A DNA stretch of 64,000 nucleotides. It comes from Penicillus capitatus. Taxonomy: Eukaryota; Plantae; Chlorophyta. The notes under the pieces are model-generated. The model worked only from the letters and a program-made list of their open reading frames with translations, had not been told where the DNA came from and made no database searches. Where the stretch lies: NCBI GenBank assembly GCA_965649825.1, contig OZ287695.1:496001-560000 (forward strand). The letters are read 5' to 3'. The position numbers and the translations under genes are program-made. This document shows, one piece after another, positions 61,227-64,000 of this stretch; position 1 is the stretch's first letter, and every line of letters starts with the position of its first letter.

Positions 61227-64000
61227 CTAACCAAAGGACTCTTTCATAAATAGAAATTTTGTCGGCCCTCTGCTGTTCTGTCGGCACATTTTGTCGAGGA
61301 TCTTTGCGATCGTATTGGGGCCACAGTAGAAGACTCCCACATTCGGTTCACACGGGAAGTCGACTTTGACTTTCTCAAAAACTTCGTTCCAGTCAATGCG
61401 GCCAAAGCGCGTGACGGTGCGAGAATGGGCGTCCGATGTCGAAGGCTCGCCACTTTCGTACTGCGCGAGGCGCAGCATCATCGTCCTGAGGTCATTGGCG
61501 CGCTTGATGCCCGTGATGTTCACGTGGATGTCCAGCAGACCGTCTTCATCGCGCAAAGAGATGGCCTCCAGGAGATGCTTGAACCACGATGCCTCGGATC
61601 GCGATCGCACTGTCCAGTAAAAGTAGACCTTCTTGATACGGGTGCGCATCAGGTGCGGATTACTGTAGCCGCACTTTGGGCAGGCGCACTGCTTGAGTGA
61701 ATCGAGCAGATCGGTGAGGACCGATGCGAAAGGAGTGACGCCGATTCCGGCGCCGATGAGCACAATGACCTTGTAATCGGCATAGTTCTGTGCGGGGGCG
61801 CCGAAAGGCCCGTCCACAGAGATGCTGAAATTGAATCGCTCGACGACATCGAACTCGTCGCCGAGCACAGGCTTGACGTGGTATCTCGAGCACGCAGAGA
61901 ACGTCCCGCTGTTCTCCGAGCAGGATCCGGCCCTCTTGCGGGCGTGCTCTTCCACCAGTTGATGCAACGCCGCCGTCCAGTCTCCAGCCTTGCGCACGTG
62001 GACGCCGAGATAGGAGTCTCCGGGACATGACGTCAATGTGAACGGATGCCACTCGAATCGGGAGATCTGAGGGCAGCGGATGAAGACGTACTGGCCCGGT
62101 GTGTAAGTGAATCCGCGGGGACGGAGAAATCGCAGGCCAACGACGTCGCCGTCTAGCGGCTCTGCGCTGACGACTCGGGTGTTGCTGGTGCTGCGTTTGA
62201 CTCGGACGACACGTTCTGTCAGGTAGATCGCCACAGGGACTCCGACCCACAGCCAGGAATCGCTCCAGCCCCATTCGTTGCGCTCGTCTGGAAGATTGGG
62301 CATCGGGTGAAAGAGAAGTGCCATGTAGAAAATGCTGAAGAGGTGATGCGAGTACCAGAAGTTGTTGAAGTCGTTCAGCCACTGACCCACGGCGAGGACC
62401 CACACTCGCCAAGGCTTCTCCTCGTCGCTGTCTTGTCGCTTGAAGATGGAGAGCTTCTTTGGGTAGTCGAACGCAAAGAGCGCGGCCACAGTGTAGATGA
62501 CGATCAGAATGATGCCAGTGATGGCCACGCACGACGTCAAGATGTCCTTGAGGGTCGGCTGGGGTTCGTCGTTGTAGAACATCCGCGGCATCCCATCTTT
62601 GCTGCTCTCGTCGTCCTGCATCAGACGACCGTCCTCGTCGTGCATCGGAATGCCGCTGTCGTCGCGCAGAATGCCTTTCATGTCCTGCGGTGCCCGATCC
62701 TCGGGAAAGGCCCAGGACCAGTAACGATAGCGATCTGAGTCTTGCCAGTTGATCACGTCAACGACGTGACAGATGGTGTGCGTCCACGCCAACCAGAATC
62801 CAATCTTGCCAAGAAATCTGCACACAGACCACAGTGACAGCATCGGACCCGGAAAGGCAGACAGGTGCGTTGTTACCTGTGAAACTCAATAGCTTGGTCG
62901 AACAAGAAAAATCGTCTGAGAACGGTGTCTCTCAGGGTGGTCATGAGGTTTCTTGATACGGGCAGGAGGATGAGCGTAAAGGTGACCTTCATTGCCTGGC
63001 CACAACCCTTTGCAACAGGAAGCGTCCAACTGAGAAGCCTTCGCTTTCGAGCGTCTCTGCACTCGATTGGATCGTATTCCGCCATAGCCTTGCTGAAAAC
63101 CATGTAACGCACGTCGTCTGCCCGCATACCCATGTCGCTCTTATTCTTCGAGAGATCAACGATGTCTTGTCGGGAGTATCCGGTAACGGGATCCTCCATG
63201 TTCATATCCGCGCCGTCGCAGTCTCCTGCGTACTTCATGAATCGCCACAGAAAACACCCCAGAAGGACCAAAATGACGGCGCCGTAGGTGAAGAGACACT
63301 GGGGATTGTTGATGATCCAGGAGACTGCCTTGCGCACCCGTCTGAAGCGCTTCTTTGGGACACGACTGGCAGGCGTCATCGTTCGCATGCCAAATCGTCC
63401 AAAGGTCAGACCACTGAGCAAATCTGGGTAGGTGGTGATCACGCTCTCGAACTCGCAATAGCTGATGTGTGACGTTGCATCGGCATCAAATAGCTGCAGT
63501 AAAGAGCTCACCAAGCTCGCGTTCTCTTCTTCGGTGAGCAGACCGCCCTCTTCCTCCACACTTGCCTCGAGGACGGTCTTCAACTCTTCTCCGCTTATAA
63601 AACCGTCGCCGTCCAAATCAAAGATGCTGAAGACGAATTGAATGCGCTCGGTTATGTCCCTGGCTCGGAGCTTCTGCAGACCGGCGATGAAGTCTTCCAG
63701 GGTGATGTCGCCTGTGTGATTGGCGTCGATGGATTCGAAGAGCTTCCGGGCGAAGATATCGCTCTTGCATCCCACAGCCCGGATGAACTCGGGAAGGTTC
63801 ATCGTGCTCTTCCCATTTGTCCCTTCGTGAAACTGGCTGATAATCCAGGCCGGATTGTTAAGGAAGCTCCGTGAGCTGCGAACTTCGTGATTCGCCGCCA
63901 TTGGCACACCTAGACGGAAAAGGGTGTCTGTCTGCGGACGACGGGTCGAGGCGCGAGTGGACCTAGCAAGACGGGTGAAGGCAGGGTACCCGTCACTTCT
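61227..64000 (-). CDS. RBOH: NADPH oxidase / respiratory burst oxidase homolog with EF-hands (5' end probably outside the window)
   Basis: EF-hands DLDGDGFISGEEL; haem His in TM segments; EWHPFTLTS, VDGPFGAPAQ, GAGIGVTPFAS, VFYCGP, terminal KESFG. Introns at about 62832-62876 and probably near 63910-63965. Confidence 0.96.

Noticed and set aside
1-64000. tRNA, rRNA or other structured ncRNA genes
   Set aside because: None recognised by eye; tRNAscan-SE and Infernal would be needed to exclude them.

Overview
This is intron-rich but compact eukaryotic DNA (introns mostly 45-60 nt, standard code). It is most likely a green alga, inferred from a plant-type RBOH, a PFK5-like phosphofructokinase, an OXA2-like insertase-TPR gene and a TIGR04168-like phosphoesterase. 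No rRNA, tRNA or CRISPR was seen. About 20 protein genes are supported: two secreted VWA paralogs, a trypsin-ankyrin fusion, MYCBP, ABCG, a CobB/CbiA-BtuF fusion, two TPR-COG0523 GTPases, OXA2-like, ORC5, two fasciclins, TRAPPC2L, an F-box/Sel1 gene, a Cys-rich membrane protein, a PBP1-type binding protein, CHCHD2, a phosphoesterase, PFK and RBOH. Main results: (1) a co-oriented ABCG / CobB-BtuF / COG0523 trio in which both CobB active sites are substituted, a candidate eukaryotic corrinoid/metal handling or sensing module; (2) a 4.6 kb tandem duplication in which only the COG0523 gene survived twice; (3) a nested insertion inside the dead OXA2 copy: Gypsy element (5-bp TSD) > ORF1-only LINE-like element (14-bp TSD) > about 8.3 kb of cargo carrying an intact, intron-retaining VWA gene; (4) that cargo is an inverted paralog of the VWA/trypsin locus at the window start, and the VWA coding sequence is more diverged than its non-coding flank. 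Exon boundaries and identities were worked out by hand and family assignments come from remembered motifs; no database searches were run.
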